Virus record (IMG/VR): IMGVR_UViG_3300031705_000002 | Span: 30,958 to 94,957 of that record | Source: a virus | Length of the DNA stretch: 64,000 nt | Direction: 5' to 3' (one strand) | Part shown: in pieces, positions 50,714-58,480 of the stretch | How positions within the stretch are numbered: position 1 is the stretch's first letter | Layout of the letters: each line of letters starts with the position of its first letter | Notes under the pieces: model-generated | Databases searched by the model: none | What the model saw: only the letters and a program-made list of their open reading frames with translations | Told to the model about the DNA's origin: nothing | Program-made: the position numbers and the translations under genes

Positions 50714-51231
50714 ATAAGTCCAGTCTCCGAGGCAGACTCTACTGCACCACCTTTAGTGGCACCTTCGTCTTTCTCTTTTTCCACCATTCTCAATAGTCTT
50801 TCGTAATCTTCGAACAACTTGATGTTGGTGGAGAGTAATTTTTCAATTGTTGTAGAATCCTCTTCGTAGGTAAGCTCCGCTAAGTAGATAGACTTCTCAT
50901 CCATCTTCTGTTTCCAGACAGACAGTTGTCGTTTAGTAGGAGTGATCAGCATACTTTCGTAATACTGACATGCTGCCTTGACGTCTGCCCATTTAAACTT
51001 AGCGTCCTTAAGGTAATCCTCTGCTATCATCCTCTTCCTATTCCCAAGGGATATATTAGAAAACTTAGAGTCAGGATCCACTAAAAGCGCAATAGCCCAC
51101 ATTATCTGTGAGCTTTTGCTTTTACCTTTACTTTTATCCTTATTCAGAATATCAGCAAAGGGCTGGGGTACCTTCAATTGCGGGTTAGCTCTCCAGAAGT
51201 TAACCTCTACGTCAAACCCGTTTAATATCAT
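50710..51231 (-). CDS. Conserved protein coupled to terL (possible small terminase subunit)
   Basis: ATGA overlap with terL; helical; DKSK.K..S motif. Confidence 0.5.
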   Translation of the reverse strand: MILNGFDVEVNFWRANPQLKVPQPFADILNKDKSKGKSKSSQIMWAIALLVDPDSKFSNISLGNRKRMIAEDYLKDAKFKWADVKAACQYYESMLITPTKRQLSVWKQKMDEKSIYLAELTYEEDSTTIEKLLSTNIKLFEDYERLLRMVEKEKDEGATKGGAVESASETGLI

Positions 51232-51509
51232 CCTACTATACCTAGTACGTTATACATATCCATTTGGAAATATTCAACGTCGCCTATCTTAACCATAAAG
51301 CCTTGACCCTTAGGTATAACGGTGTCTCCTACTTTAATCTCCGTCACCTCAGTTCCAACAGCAACAACTAAAGCTTCTCCGCTTTTGTTCTCTTGCTCTT
51401 CCTTGACCATGGATTCAGATTTAATAATTCCAGAGGTTGTCTCAACTTCTGTTGCGGGGATCTCTACTACAATAGTTCTCCCGATTGGTGTGTACTTAAG
51501 TGCTTTCAT
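51228..51509 (-). CDS. groES: GroES-like co-chaperonin
   Basis: PIG..IVVE, TTSGII, VVAVG and IKVGDTV motifs. Confidence 0.8.
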   Translation of the reverse strand: MKALKYTPIGRTIVVEIPATEVETTSGIIKSESMVKEEQENKSGEALVVAVGTEVTEIKVGDTVIPKGQGFMVKIGDVEYFQMDMYNVLGIVG

Positions 51510-51518
51510 AATTTTTGT

Positions 51519-51734
51519 TTACATTCCTAATGAGATTGTGTCATCTCTCCTTCTAGCCATTTCTGAGCTATAGTGTTTACTAATATTCTCTCCTTGAGAT
51601 AGTTCATACATCAATACACTGTCCGCCATTGAGTTTCCTGCGATATTGACTTCTGTTACTATCCTTCGTAACTGTTCTGTGTCTGTCCTTAAGTAAACGG
51701 TCTCGCCCAACTTAAACTCCACATTTATTACCAT
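51519..51734 (-). CDS. Hypothetical small beta-barrel (SH3/KOW-like) protein
   Basis: FKLGETVYL.TD.EQ..R.VT pattern. Confidence 0.55.
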   Translation of the reverse strand: MVINVEFKLGETVYLRTDTEQLRRIVTEVNIAGNSMADSVLMYELSQGENISKHYSSEMARRRDDTISLGM

Positions 51735-51955
51735 TTCTTAATAGGACAGTGTGATTGCATTGACCTAGTCTTTGCGACTAGTGGACATCCACACTTCTTG
51801 CACCTACTCTTTATGTTGAACTCACATCCTGCGCATATATTTGCTCTAGCTTCTGCTATCTTTTCTACATGCTCATTAGGGAATACTACATTCTTCCATC
51901 CGTCAAGGATTTCAGACATCTTCGCTTTCGCTCCCTTCTTCTCTTCTTCCGCCAT
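51728..51955 (-). CDS. Zn-finger protein (DUF6171-like)
   Basis: R..IC..C...C..CGC...K......CP..KW. Confidence 0.7.
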   Translation of the reverse strand: MAEEEKKGAKAKMSEILDGWKNVVFPNEHVEKIAEARANICAGCEFNIKSRCKKCGCPLVAKTRSMQSHCPIKKW

Positions 51956-52139
51956 CTTTATAGTATTTTAAACGATTCTTCTTTACAGTAAATAACCCCA
52001 AATGTTTTAATCTCACAGATTTGAAATCTCCATCCTCTATAACATTCTTTATAAAGCTGAATTGAGACTTAACTATCTGCTCAACTTCAAATACGGTGAG
52101 TTTATATTTCTTTGCAAGTTCTTTTACTATTTTGTCCAT
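51912..52139 (-). CDS. HU/IHF-like DNA-binding protein
   Basis: ELAKK...VEQIV...VRLKHLGLFTVK. Confidence 0.7.
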   Translation of the reverse strand: MDKIVKELAKKYKLTVFEVEQIVKSQFSFIKNVIEDGDFKSVRLKHLGLFTVKKNRLKYYKDGGRREEGSESEDV

Positions 52140-52474
52140 GACAATTTATAGGTGACCTCTACATCTTCTTCCCTCAAGTGGGTTAGTATAGAAGGATTAA
52201 TAAGTCTACCTTGAATTATCTTCTTCTTACGAAGGGACGTGATGTGATTATTAAACGAAGCTTCTGAGATACCTACAGACTTACGTACCATCTTTCTCAC
52301 CTTAGTGGAGAACAGTAGAGTCTCTATATCTTCTCGATCCTTATTAGGATACCAAACCATTAAGAATGCAGCTAATACTTCCACTTCCTTATCCTTCAGC
52401 TTTAACACTGGGTTAAGTACGGTGAGGTATCCGCTAAGAAATCCTCTCAGGGTTGATTGTATAGGTATTATCAT
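52127..52474 (-). CDS. Winged-helix DNA-binding protein
   Basis: L.DKEVEVL and GISEASFNNHITSLRKKKII...INP. Confidence 0.6.
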   Translation of the reverse strand: MIIPIQSTLRGFLSGYLTVLNPVLKLKDKEVEVLAAFLMVWYPNKDREDIETLLFSTKVRKMVRKSVGISEASFNNHITSLRKKKIIQGRLINPSILTHLREEDVEVTYKLSWTK

Positions 52475-52776
52475 AGTTTCTCTCCTAAATACGCTGCGGG
52501 AGGTAACGAGTTTAAGTCTATTTCTGGGAAGGTTGACTCAGCAAACTTTATATCTATGTTCGCTATAGCTTCTTTAGCATGTCTAGCTACATAGTAGGCT
52601 GCTGCCCTATCCTCAGAGTTTGACTCTGTACCTATCTTAGCCTGAGCGATAGCATTCATCTCTAAGGCCTTATTGATAAGCATCTTGTTTGTGAACTTCC
52701 GTATACACGCGTCGCACAACTTACCCTCTTCGGGTAGGTCGAACATCTTTCTTAAGTCTCTTTCATATTCACTCAT
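52471..52776 (-). CDS. Hypothetical protein
   Basis: 101 aa with CxxC; TATATTTG lies 4 nt upstream of the ATG. Confidence 0.6.
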   Translation of the reverse strand: MSEYERDLRKMFDLPEEGKLCDACIRKFTNKMLINKALEMNAIAQAKIGTESNSEDRAAAYYVARHAKEAIANIDIKFAESTFPEIDLNSLPPAAYLGEKL

Positions 52777-52794
52777 ACTGCAAATATAATAAAA

Positions 52795-53532
52795 TTAATT
52801 ATAACTTAGCATTTCTTTTACTAAATTTCTATAATCTTCGCAGGGTACAAGTTCATATGAGTCATTCTTCTCATTAAACCATACTATATAGGTTGAATGA
52901 AACTTAAGATTGGTTACGTATTCTATTATGTATCTGTATGTGGATAATTGTAGGGAGTATGTAGACATTTCACATTCATCTAAGTGAGAACATGGTCCTA
53001 GCATCTTATTCTTGAATCTACTCTTCTTATTAAGTGCTTTGTTTGTCTTCCAGTCAAATATTACTAGGGAGTCTAGTTTGGTGGAGTAGTATAGTTGATC
53101 AACCATACCACATAGCCCAAGCTCAGGGGATCCAACAACCAATTCTGATATGATTGGTATAAGTGTATCCTTTGTGTCTTCGTAGAACTTTAAAAAATGG
53201 GACTCGATCTTGTCATAAGCCTTAGTATCTATAGGCTCATATATAACATTATCGATTATCTTATTGTTGATGTAATTTTCAGCAAAGTTATGCAACTTGC
53301 TTCCTTTATTAGTCGCGTACAACGCGATCGACTCCCACTTAGCTAATATCTCTTCCTGTGATACCCCTTCCTTCTGTGCGGTCTTATACGACCAGAACTC
53401 CTTCTCAAAGGGTTTCTTAAACTTACCTATAAAGGTAGTTACAGAGGTTAGGCTTTCACCATTCAATTTATAAGTGTGGTCACTGTCTTTAAAAACAATG
53501 TTGTTAAACTTGTTTAGCTCTTGAAATATCAT
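52795..53532 (-). CDS. PD-(D/E)xK nuclease
   Basis: SVTT, GSKLH..AE, E...CG.VD, DWKT and QLSTY motifs. Confidence 0.88.
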   Translation of the reverse strand: MIFQELNKFNNIVFKDSDHTYKLNGESLTSVTTFIGKFKKPFEKEFWSYKTAQKEGVSQEEILAKWESIALYATNKGSKLHNFAENYINNKIIDNVIYEPIDTKAYDKIESHFLKFYEDTKDTLIPIISELVVGSPELGLCGMVDQLYYSTKLDSLVIFDWKTNKALNKKSRFKNKMLGPCSHLDECEMSTYSLQLSTYRYIIEYVTNLKFHSTYIVWFNEKNDSYELVPCEDYRNLVKEMLSYN

Positions 53533-53562
53533 GCGGTAGTTTTTGGTAAACTGGGTACTCTA

Positions 53563-54219
53563 TCAATATCCTGTAAGTCTCTTAAGGACATCATCGATAG
53601 CTTCATGTCTGTGGTTATCCTCTAGGATTACCTTATGTACAAAGTTACTGTCTTTTATCTTAGATACCTCATGTATAGCGGAGTAATTTGGATCCTTTAG
53701 GTCAATCTGCTGATTATCTCCGCAGAATATCATTATAGAGTTCTTTCCTAACCTACCTAAGGCCATTCTGAACTGAGCTCTAGTTAGATTCTGGAATTCA
53801 TCTATGATCACCACTGCATTCTCAAAGGTTCTTCCACGGAAGTGCCCTAGGGATACAAGTTCAATCTCCTCCTCGTCCACCATCTTCTGGATCTTGTCAG
53901 GCTTATTATATACCTTACGCATATTAGACATAATAGGTACAAGCCAAGGCTCCATCTTTTCCTTCTCATCTCCTGGAAGGAATCCATTGTCTTCAGTGGC
54001 TACTGTAGGGCGTGTAATAATAACCTTATTATATTCCCTCTTAAAGAACATATCTAAAGCCACCTGCACTGCTAGTAATGTTTTACCACTACCTGCTTGT
54101 CCTACTATAAAATTGAAGGGGTGTCTAATTATATTAGCTTTAGCTAGCTTCTGTTCTTCTGATAAGGTGATGTTGAACTTAACATTCCCCTTAGGTGGTT
54201 TCTTTTCTCGGTTCTCCAT
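53563..54219 (-). CDS. phoH: PhoH-family ATPase
   Basis: GQAGSGKT, TRP, GFLPGD..EK, RGRTF, IIDEFQN, GD..Q.D motifs. Confidence 0.95.
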   Translation of the reverse strand: MENREKKPPKGNVKFNITLSEEQKLAKANIIRHPFNFIVGQAGSGKTLLAVQVALDMFFKREYNKVIITRPTVATEDNGFLPGDEKEKMEPWLVPIMSNMRKVYNKPDKIQKMVDEEEIELVSLGHFRGRTFENAVVIIDEFQNLTRAQFRMALGRLGKNSIMIFCGDNQQIDLKDPNYSAIHEVSKIKDSNFVHKVILEDNHRHEAIDDVLKRLTGY

Positions 54220-54223
54220 ATAC

Positions 54224-54253
54224 CAAAGATAGTTAATTATTTAACTTCCGCAA
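54224..54253 (-). promoter_or_regulatory. Promoter for phoH (probably leaderless transcript)
   Basis: TTG, N19, TATCTTTG, N4, ATG. Confidence 0.6.
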
Positions 54254-54405
54254 TTCTCACAGTCTGGATTATCAATACTACATGCTTGAGGTTGTTCTTT
54301 CTCTTCCAATTCATCAAGCCATCCAGAGAACGTATCTTCAGCTATGGTCTTGGCTACTTTATCACTTTCTTTTTCAGTCATTAGGTACTCTATGTTTTTG
54401 TTCAT
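54241..54405 (-). CDS. 54-aa acidic protein ending in a ribonucleotide-reductase-like CX6CXXC tail
   Basis: Below the ORF-track cutoff. Hand translation MNKNIEYLMTEKESDKVAKTIAEDTFSGWLDELEEKEQPQACSIDNPDCENCGS; alternative ATG at 54381. Confidence 0.75.
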   Translation of the reverse strand: MNKNIEYLMTEKESDKVAKTIAEDTFSGWLDELEEKEQPQACSIDNPDCENCGS

Positions 54406-54439
54406 TATGTATTATTTAAAAATAAATGCGCATTAAATT

Positions 54440-54612
54440 AAAGAAAAAGTGGGCAAAAAGAAACTAAACGAAATTCCACTAATTTTTCGAATAGGAGAGT
54501 CATTGGAAGTAAACTCTCAAACATAAGCTACGAAATACAAGGTATCTGTTCCAACAGTCGTCCTCTATTTATTTATCCTTTCGGTGGGTGACTGAAGTTT
54601 GTATTTCGTAGT
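54440..54612 (-). ncRNA. Candidate structured leader RNA or sRNA
   Basis: Perfect 13-bp stem 54528-54540/54599-54611 starting at the predicted TSS; GAAA-capped mini-hairpin; complementary loops UUGGAA/UUCCAA. Confidence 0.5.
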
Positions 54613-54616
54613 GGGG

Positions 54617-54647
54617 CAAATGTAACTAATATTTTCTTACTCACAAA
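54617..54647 (-). promoter_or_regulatory. Consensus Bacteroidota promoter heading the minus-strand block
   Basis: TTTG (54647-54644), N19, TACATTTG (54624-54617). Confidence 0.75.
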
Positions 54648-54736
54648 AAAATCCCCTCACTAAATTATAGATGTTGGGGATTTAGTGACACCTGATAAGC
54701 GTCATTCCTTTCGTAGTAAAGGTACATATTAAAATC

Positions 54737-54768
54737 AGAAAAGTCCCCATGAAGGGGACCTTTCTTTT
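54737..54768. terminator. Hairpin, possibly a bidirectional terminator
   Basis: AGAAAAGTCCCC-ATGAA-GGGGACCTTTCT followed by TTT. Confidence 0.5.
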
Positions 54769-55001
54769 AACCAAAAACCAAAAAACTATGAATTCACAAG
54801 AGTAGTGAAACACACAGCCGTAAGTATACAACTATTTTTTACATATACAAGGGGTTTTCAAAAAAAAAATAAAAAAAATTTATGTGCAGATGTATGAGTA
54901 GACCACTTATTAAACAGGCACCCCTACTAAATCGTGGGCGAAGGCCCCCCCGATTGATTTTAACAATCGCTCATTTGCAATTCAAACTTAAAAAAGTTCT
55001 C

Positions 55002-55301
55002 ATGGCTACACTCACGATAGTAAAAATCAAGATTACCGAGAAATCCAACACAGTCATCGTCTTAGCAGACGATTCCCGCGCTGAATTCTGCGGTATCCAA
55101 GCACGCTTGTATGGATCGCCTAAAAGCGACAATACAAGCTGTTGGATGTGCCTCGATGGCGACCATCTCAAGCACTTCGAGTCCATAAAGGACTCTCATG
55201 CTTTCGAGGTCAACCCTCGTGACATCTCTAAGCCCGACGAAGAGTCGGGACATAGAGGTGGATTCATCCACCCTGATGACATAAAGGTCATCAAGCTGTA
55301 A
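55002..55301 (+). CDS. First plus-strand early gene, hypothetical (99 aa)
   Basis: Internal ATG (MATLTIVK) with an A-rich leader is preferred over the track start at 54882; followed by a hairpin. Confidence 0.6.
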   Translation: MATLTIVKIKITEKSNTVIVLADDSRAEFCGIQARLYGSPKSDNTSCWMCLDGDHLKHFESIKDSHAFEVNPRDISKPDEESGHRGGFIHPDDIKVIKL

Positions 55302-55313
55302 GAACCACAGGAC

Positions 55314-55334
55314 TAAGAGAGCGTAGCTCTCTTA
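55314..55334 (+). terminator. Hairpin after the first early gene
   Basis: TAAGAGAGC-GTA-GCTCTCTTA, weak pyrimidine tail. Confidence 0.55.
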
Positions 55335-55401
55335 CTCCTTCATCAGATGAAGCATAATCTACGACACGATAATTAGTCTTTATTAACATAACATAGCTAA
55401 A

Positions 55402-55617
55402 ATGAAAACATCTATAACTGAAACAGAATTGTTCTACGTAACAGTATCTATAATGAATCTAGAGGCTAAGCTAAGCAGAAAGCTATGCACTGAGCATCCG
55501 TACTATAAGAAAAAGATAGAAATGATTACTGAATTAGGTAATCAAGGCTTAGACCTTGGAGACTTCATAGCTCTTGACAAGAAAGCTATTGAATACATTG
55601 CAAGACATAGTGATTAA
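55402..55617 (+). CDS. Hypothetical protein
   Basis: 71 aa; A-rich start context. Confidence 0.6.
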   Translation: MKTSITETELFYVTVSIMNLEAKLSRKLCTEHPYYKKKIEMITELGNQGLDLGDFIALDKKAIEYIARHSD

Positions 55618-55684
55618 CATAAGATGCTCCGATGATAGCTCAGGCTTAGGAGTTAGTCTTATTAACTTAAATAACTTAGAACAT

Positions 55685-55843
55685 ATGAGTAGATTTACTC
55701 TTACAATCATAGTAATATTAGCCATAATACTAACAGTTATGGTGTACACAATGTCTCATAGCGTAGAGATTAAGGCTTTAATAACCTTAATGGATTTACC
55801 TATCATAGTATTAATTGCACATCACTTAGCAACTGAAGAATAA
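55685..55843 (+). CDS. Small two-TM membrane protein (52 aa)
   Basis: Internal ATG of track ORF 55574-55843; two hydrophobic stretches. Confidence 0.5.
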   Translation: MSRFTLTIIVILAIILTVMVYTMSHSVEIKALITLMDLPIIVLIAHHLATEE

Positions 55844-55846
55844 GAT

Positions 55847-56041
55847 ATGGAAGTTACACTAGACAACTTCGTGGAAAACCTATCAACAATGGAGCTATTC
55901 TCATTCCACAAAGAATGTACAGATAGAATAGACTCAGCCAAAGAAGAAATCAAGATGGTCTCTTTACTACTACCTGCTTTAACAGCAGAGATAGAAACTC
56001 GTAAGAATGAATACGAGAAGGTTATGGATAGAGATTTATAA
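55847..56041 (+). CDS. Hypothetical helical protein
   Basis: 64-aa ORF. Confidence 0.6.
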   Translation: MEVTLDNFVENLSTMELFSFHKECTDRIDSAKEEIKMVSLLLPALTAEIETRKNEYEKVMDRDL

Positions 56042-56043
56042 CA

Positions 56044-56630
56044 ATACTGCTTACATCGGAACGCGCTTGGACTTTAATTAGGTTAAGAGAGTTAAAAAAC
56101 TGAGTTCGATGTAGGTATCTTATTAATGGGAAGCAGAGTTAGTAGGATAAAGCCCCAGAAAGCTCTGCCAACCATTTGATTTACTCTTGTCCAATCAGTG
56201 GGAAAGATATTACCGTTTGTAAAATGGCTCACTGTTAACCTCAAGAGGAACTGATCTAGAAATAGTTCAACCAGAGATAACATGCCCTTAAGGTTAATTA
56301 AAGTTAGAGTTGACTCTAACAGCCGCGATATACCATATCAAGGATCACAACCTTGCAAGAGTTTTTAGCTTAACTTTCTCGTGATATAGTTAACATGGGT
56401 ACATCCCTATCATCCACCGAGTTGAAAATATTCTATATCAGTACAAATGCTAAGTGCAAGAGTCATAACACGGTTGATCTCGTGAAATGACTGATAGAGA
56501 GAGTTTTATTATTATTCACTGTCTAATCTGCCCTTGAGGTGAAGTAGACTTAAGCGTGCAAGTCGTAGGTGATTATTAATTTAGAGGTATGGGTATATTC
56601 CCCATTAAGACATCTAGCGCACCTCTTAAC
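56044..56630 (+). ncRNA. Candidate large structured ncRNA (~590 nt)
   Basis: No plus-strand ORF of 60 aa or more in a gene-dense genome; many local and long-range helices with G-U pairs on the plus strand. Confidence 0.5.
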
Positions 56631-56720
56631 ATTAAACACACACCATGAAACAAGAAGCATACTTATCAGTAAAGAAAGCAATTAGAGAGTATAAACTAAG
56701 AACTAAACTAAACCCCTTCA

Positions 56721-56927
56721 ATGGTAACAATATCAAAGGAAGTAGCGGAGTTTCAACAGCTTCAGATAAAAGCACTGCAACAAGCAATAACAGACTTAAA
56801 AGATAAATTAGAAGAGCTTCACAAATATGGTGAACAGCTAATTTATGATGCAGATGGTGACAGTATGTATAATACAGGAGTAGGTATTATAAACATAATA
56901 GACAAAACCAAAGAGATAAACAAATAA
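56721..56927 (+). CDS. Hypothetical coiled-coil protein
   Basis: 68-aa ORF. Confidence 0.55.
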   Translation: MVTISKEVAEFQQLQIKALQQAITDLKDKLEELHKYGEQLIYDADGDSMYNTGVGIINIIDKTKEINK

Positions 56928-56935
56928 CAAAAGAT

Positions 56936-57109
56936 ATGGCACTTACTAAATCAGATTTAAAGAAAGAGTTGGTGGCTTATAAAAGACACCTAGCACACGA
57001 AATCACTCAAAACAGAGGAGGATTATTAAAGCTAAAACTACACGATGAGGTAGAGGCTACATTCAAAGAAATACAAAACTCATTAAGTAGATTAATACTT
57101 AAACTTTAA
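56936..57109 (+). CDS. Hypothetical protein (57 aa)
   Basis: Hand translation MALTKSDLKKELVAYKRH...RLILKL; fills the gap between neighbouring features. Confidence 0.55.
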   Translation: MALTKSDLKKELVAYKRHLAHEITQNRGGLLKLKLHDEVEATFKEIQNSLSRLILKL

Positions 57110-57155
57110 GAAACAGATGGTCAATAGAGAGGTTCGATTCCTCTCTGTTTCACTA
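57110..57155 (+). ncRNA. tRNA-like minihelix (acceptor stem plus T-arm only)
   Basis: GAAACAG/CTGTTTC 7-bp stem; AGAGG-TTCGATT-CCTCT T-arm; 3' ACTA. Confidence 0.65.
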
Positions 57156-57189
57156 ACAATCAATCAATTAATAAACTAAAGTAAATCAA

Positions 57190-57789
57190 ATGAACACAAC
57201 TGCACAATCAACAGCAATCATCACTGAAACTCCAAGAGTAGTAAGTGTAATGCCAACAAAGAACACTAAAGTATTCCAATTAGTGGTACGCTCAGAACGT
57301 GAGAAACCAATGAAGGAAGGTAACGATGGTGACTTTAACATATTTATGGCAGGATTCGCTGTAAATGAACCTGAAAGATTAATTGCTTACAGAACAGTAT
57401 CAGATCAATACTTAGACGCCTACGGCATATCATATGACGCAGTAACAGGAGATATACTTTCACCAGAAGGATATACTACTCTTCAAGGTCTAAAACGTCA
57501 AAACACTGACGAAACATTTCCAGATGTACACCCAGAGTGTAAGATTTCGGTAAATGAAACATTTGAGGCTAGAACTTGGGTAGGGAATGACGGTAGTAAA
57601 AAGAGTCAAAACCCTAAGATTAACCCTAAAACAAAGGAAACACTCTACAATAAAGGTAGAGCTATCTATTTGAACAGAACACTAACGTTTGATACCACTA
57701 AAGAGGATGTATACATCACTCATGATGGTTCAACACCTACTCAAGCAGTAGAAATAGTAGGTTCTGAGTTCGGAATACTTAACGCATAG
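57190..57789 (+). CDS. Conserved crAss-like early protein, possible ssDNA-binding protein
   Basis: PKINP.T.E.L...G..IY...D..I.HD pattern; strong A-rich leader and downstream hairpin. Confidence 0.5.
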   Translation: MNTTAQSTAIITETPRVVSVMPTKNTKVFQLVVRSEREKPMKEGNDGDFNIFMAGFAVNEPERLIAYRTVSDQYLDAYGISYDAVTGDILSPEGYTTLQGLKRQNTDETFPDVHPECKISVNETFEARTWVGNDGSKKSQNPKINPKTKETLYNKGRAIYLNRTLTFDTTKEDVYITHDGSTPTQAVEIVGSEFGILNA

Positions 57790-57811
57790 TAATTAGTTTG
57801 AATGGCTAATG

Positions 57812-57853
57812 ATAAGAATGGGGAGGAATATGAGAACTCCTCCTCACTCTTAT
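57812..57853 (+). terminator. Hairpin after the 199-aa gene
   Basis: ATAAGAATGGGGAGGA...TCCTCCTCACTCTTAT imperfect stem. Confidence 0.5.
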
Positions 57854-57889
57854 ATTAATAGCTAAAAACAACACCTAAACAAAAAACCA

Positions 57890-58147
57890 ATGGCAACTTC
57901 TACAATTGCATTAATAACGATACTAATATGTATCGTAATAATAGCTTATTTATCAGTTATAGTATCTAGCAGAATAACAAGGCTAGAAACAGAACTAAAC
58001 CAAGCAGTTTGGGCATTAAATCAGAAGATGCTTAAGAATCTAGGCTCAATACATAGACTTGAGTTCATACTTGAGCCTAAGCCTAAATTAGATAAGCCTA
58101 AAGCTAAAAGAGGTAGACCAAGAAAGAAACAACCTCTTGGAGAGTAA
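57890..58147 (+). CDS. Membrane-anchored protein with an AT-hook-like KRGRPRK tail
   Basis: N-terminal TM helix, coiled coil, KRGRPRKK. Confidence 0.6.
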   Translation: MATSTIALITILICIVIIAYLSVIVSSRITRLETELNQAVWALNQKMLKNLGSIHRLEFILEPKPKLDKPKAKRGRPRKKQPLGE

Positions 58148-58475
58148 TAAAGAGTTTGTAACTCGTATGTATTTACTTACACAGGAGTTACCAAAGGATA
58201 AGATTGAGGACTATGAAAATACCCTCTCTCTTCTTTCTTTTCAACTCAAGTTAAGAGAGATGGACATAGTTAAAGAGGCTGCTGATAATTTAAGTAGACT
58301 TATATCACTATCTACCATCTATTCTAAATCTAAAAAGTACTTGTTAAATGAAATCGAATTCTTTAAAGGACAGAGTAAATATTCTATCCAGATTCCAGAC
58401 AATAACCCAAACGAGGTGGAAGAAATATTGGGCAGCACGAGAGATAAAGAAGTTGATGAAACTATTAAATCTTAA
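58137..58475 (+). CDS. Hypothetical protein
   Basis: 112 aa; TTG start overlapping the upstream gene. Confidence 0.55.
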   Translation: MESNKEFVTRMYLLTQELPKDKIEDYENTLSLLSFQLKLREMDIVKEAADNLSRLISLSTIYSKSKKYLLNEIEFFKGQSKYSIQIPDNNPNEVEEILGSTRDKEVDETIKS

Positions 58476-58480
58476 ACTAA

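Noticed and set aside
51228-54219. groES and phoH as novel auxiliary genes
   Set aside because: Both are common in aquatic phages; listed as features only.
182-54232. Numerous plus-strand ORFs in the track across the late region (e.g. 11390-12100, 4634-5008, 53804-54232)
   Set aside because: Antisense shadows of long minus-strand genes; Ser/Pro/Val-rich with no recognisable motifs.
1-54405. Genome-wide stop-codon reassignment as in some Crassvirales
   Set aside because: Terminase, portal, capsid and giant genes are intact in the standard code, and TAG, TAA and TGA all end genes right next to the following start.
56240-56395. Group I intron core (GATATAGT resembles the S element)
   Set aside because: No matching P7 partner strand and no interrupted host gene could be identified.
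57110-57155. Functional tRNA gene
   Set aside because: No D arm or anticodon arm; reported as a minihelix instead.
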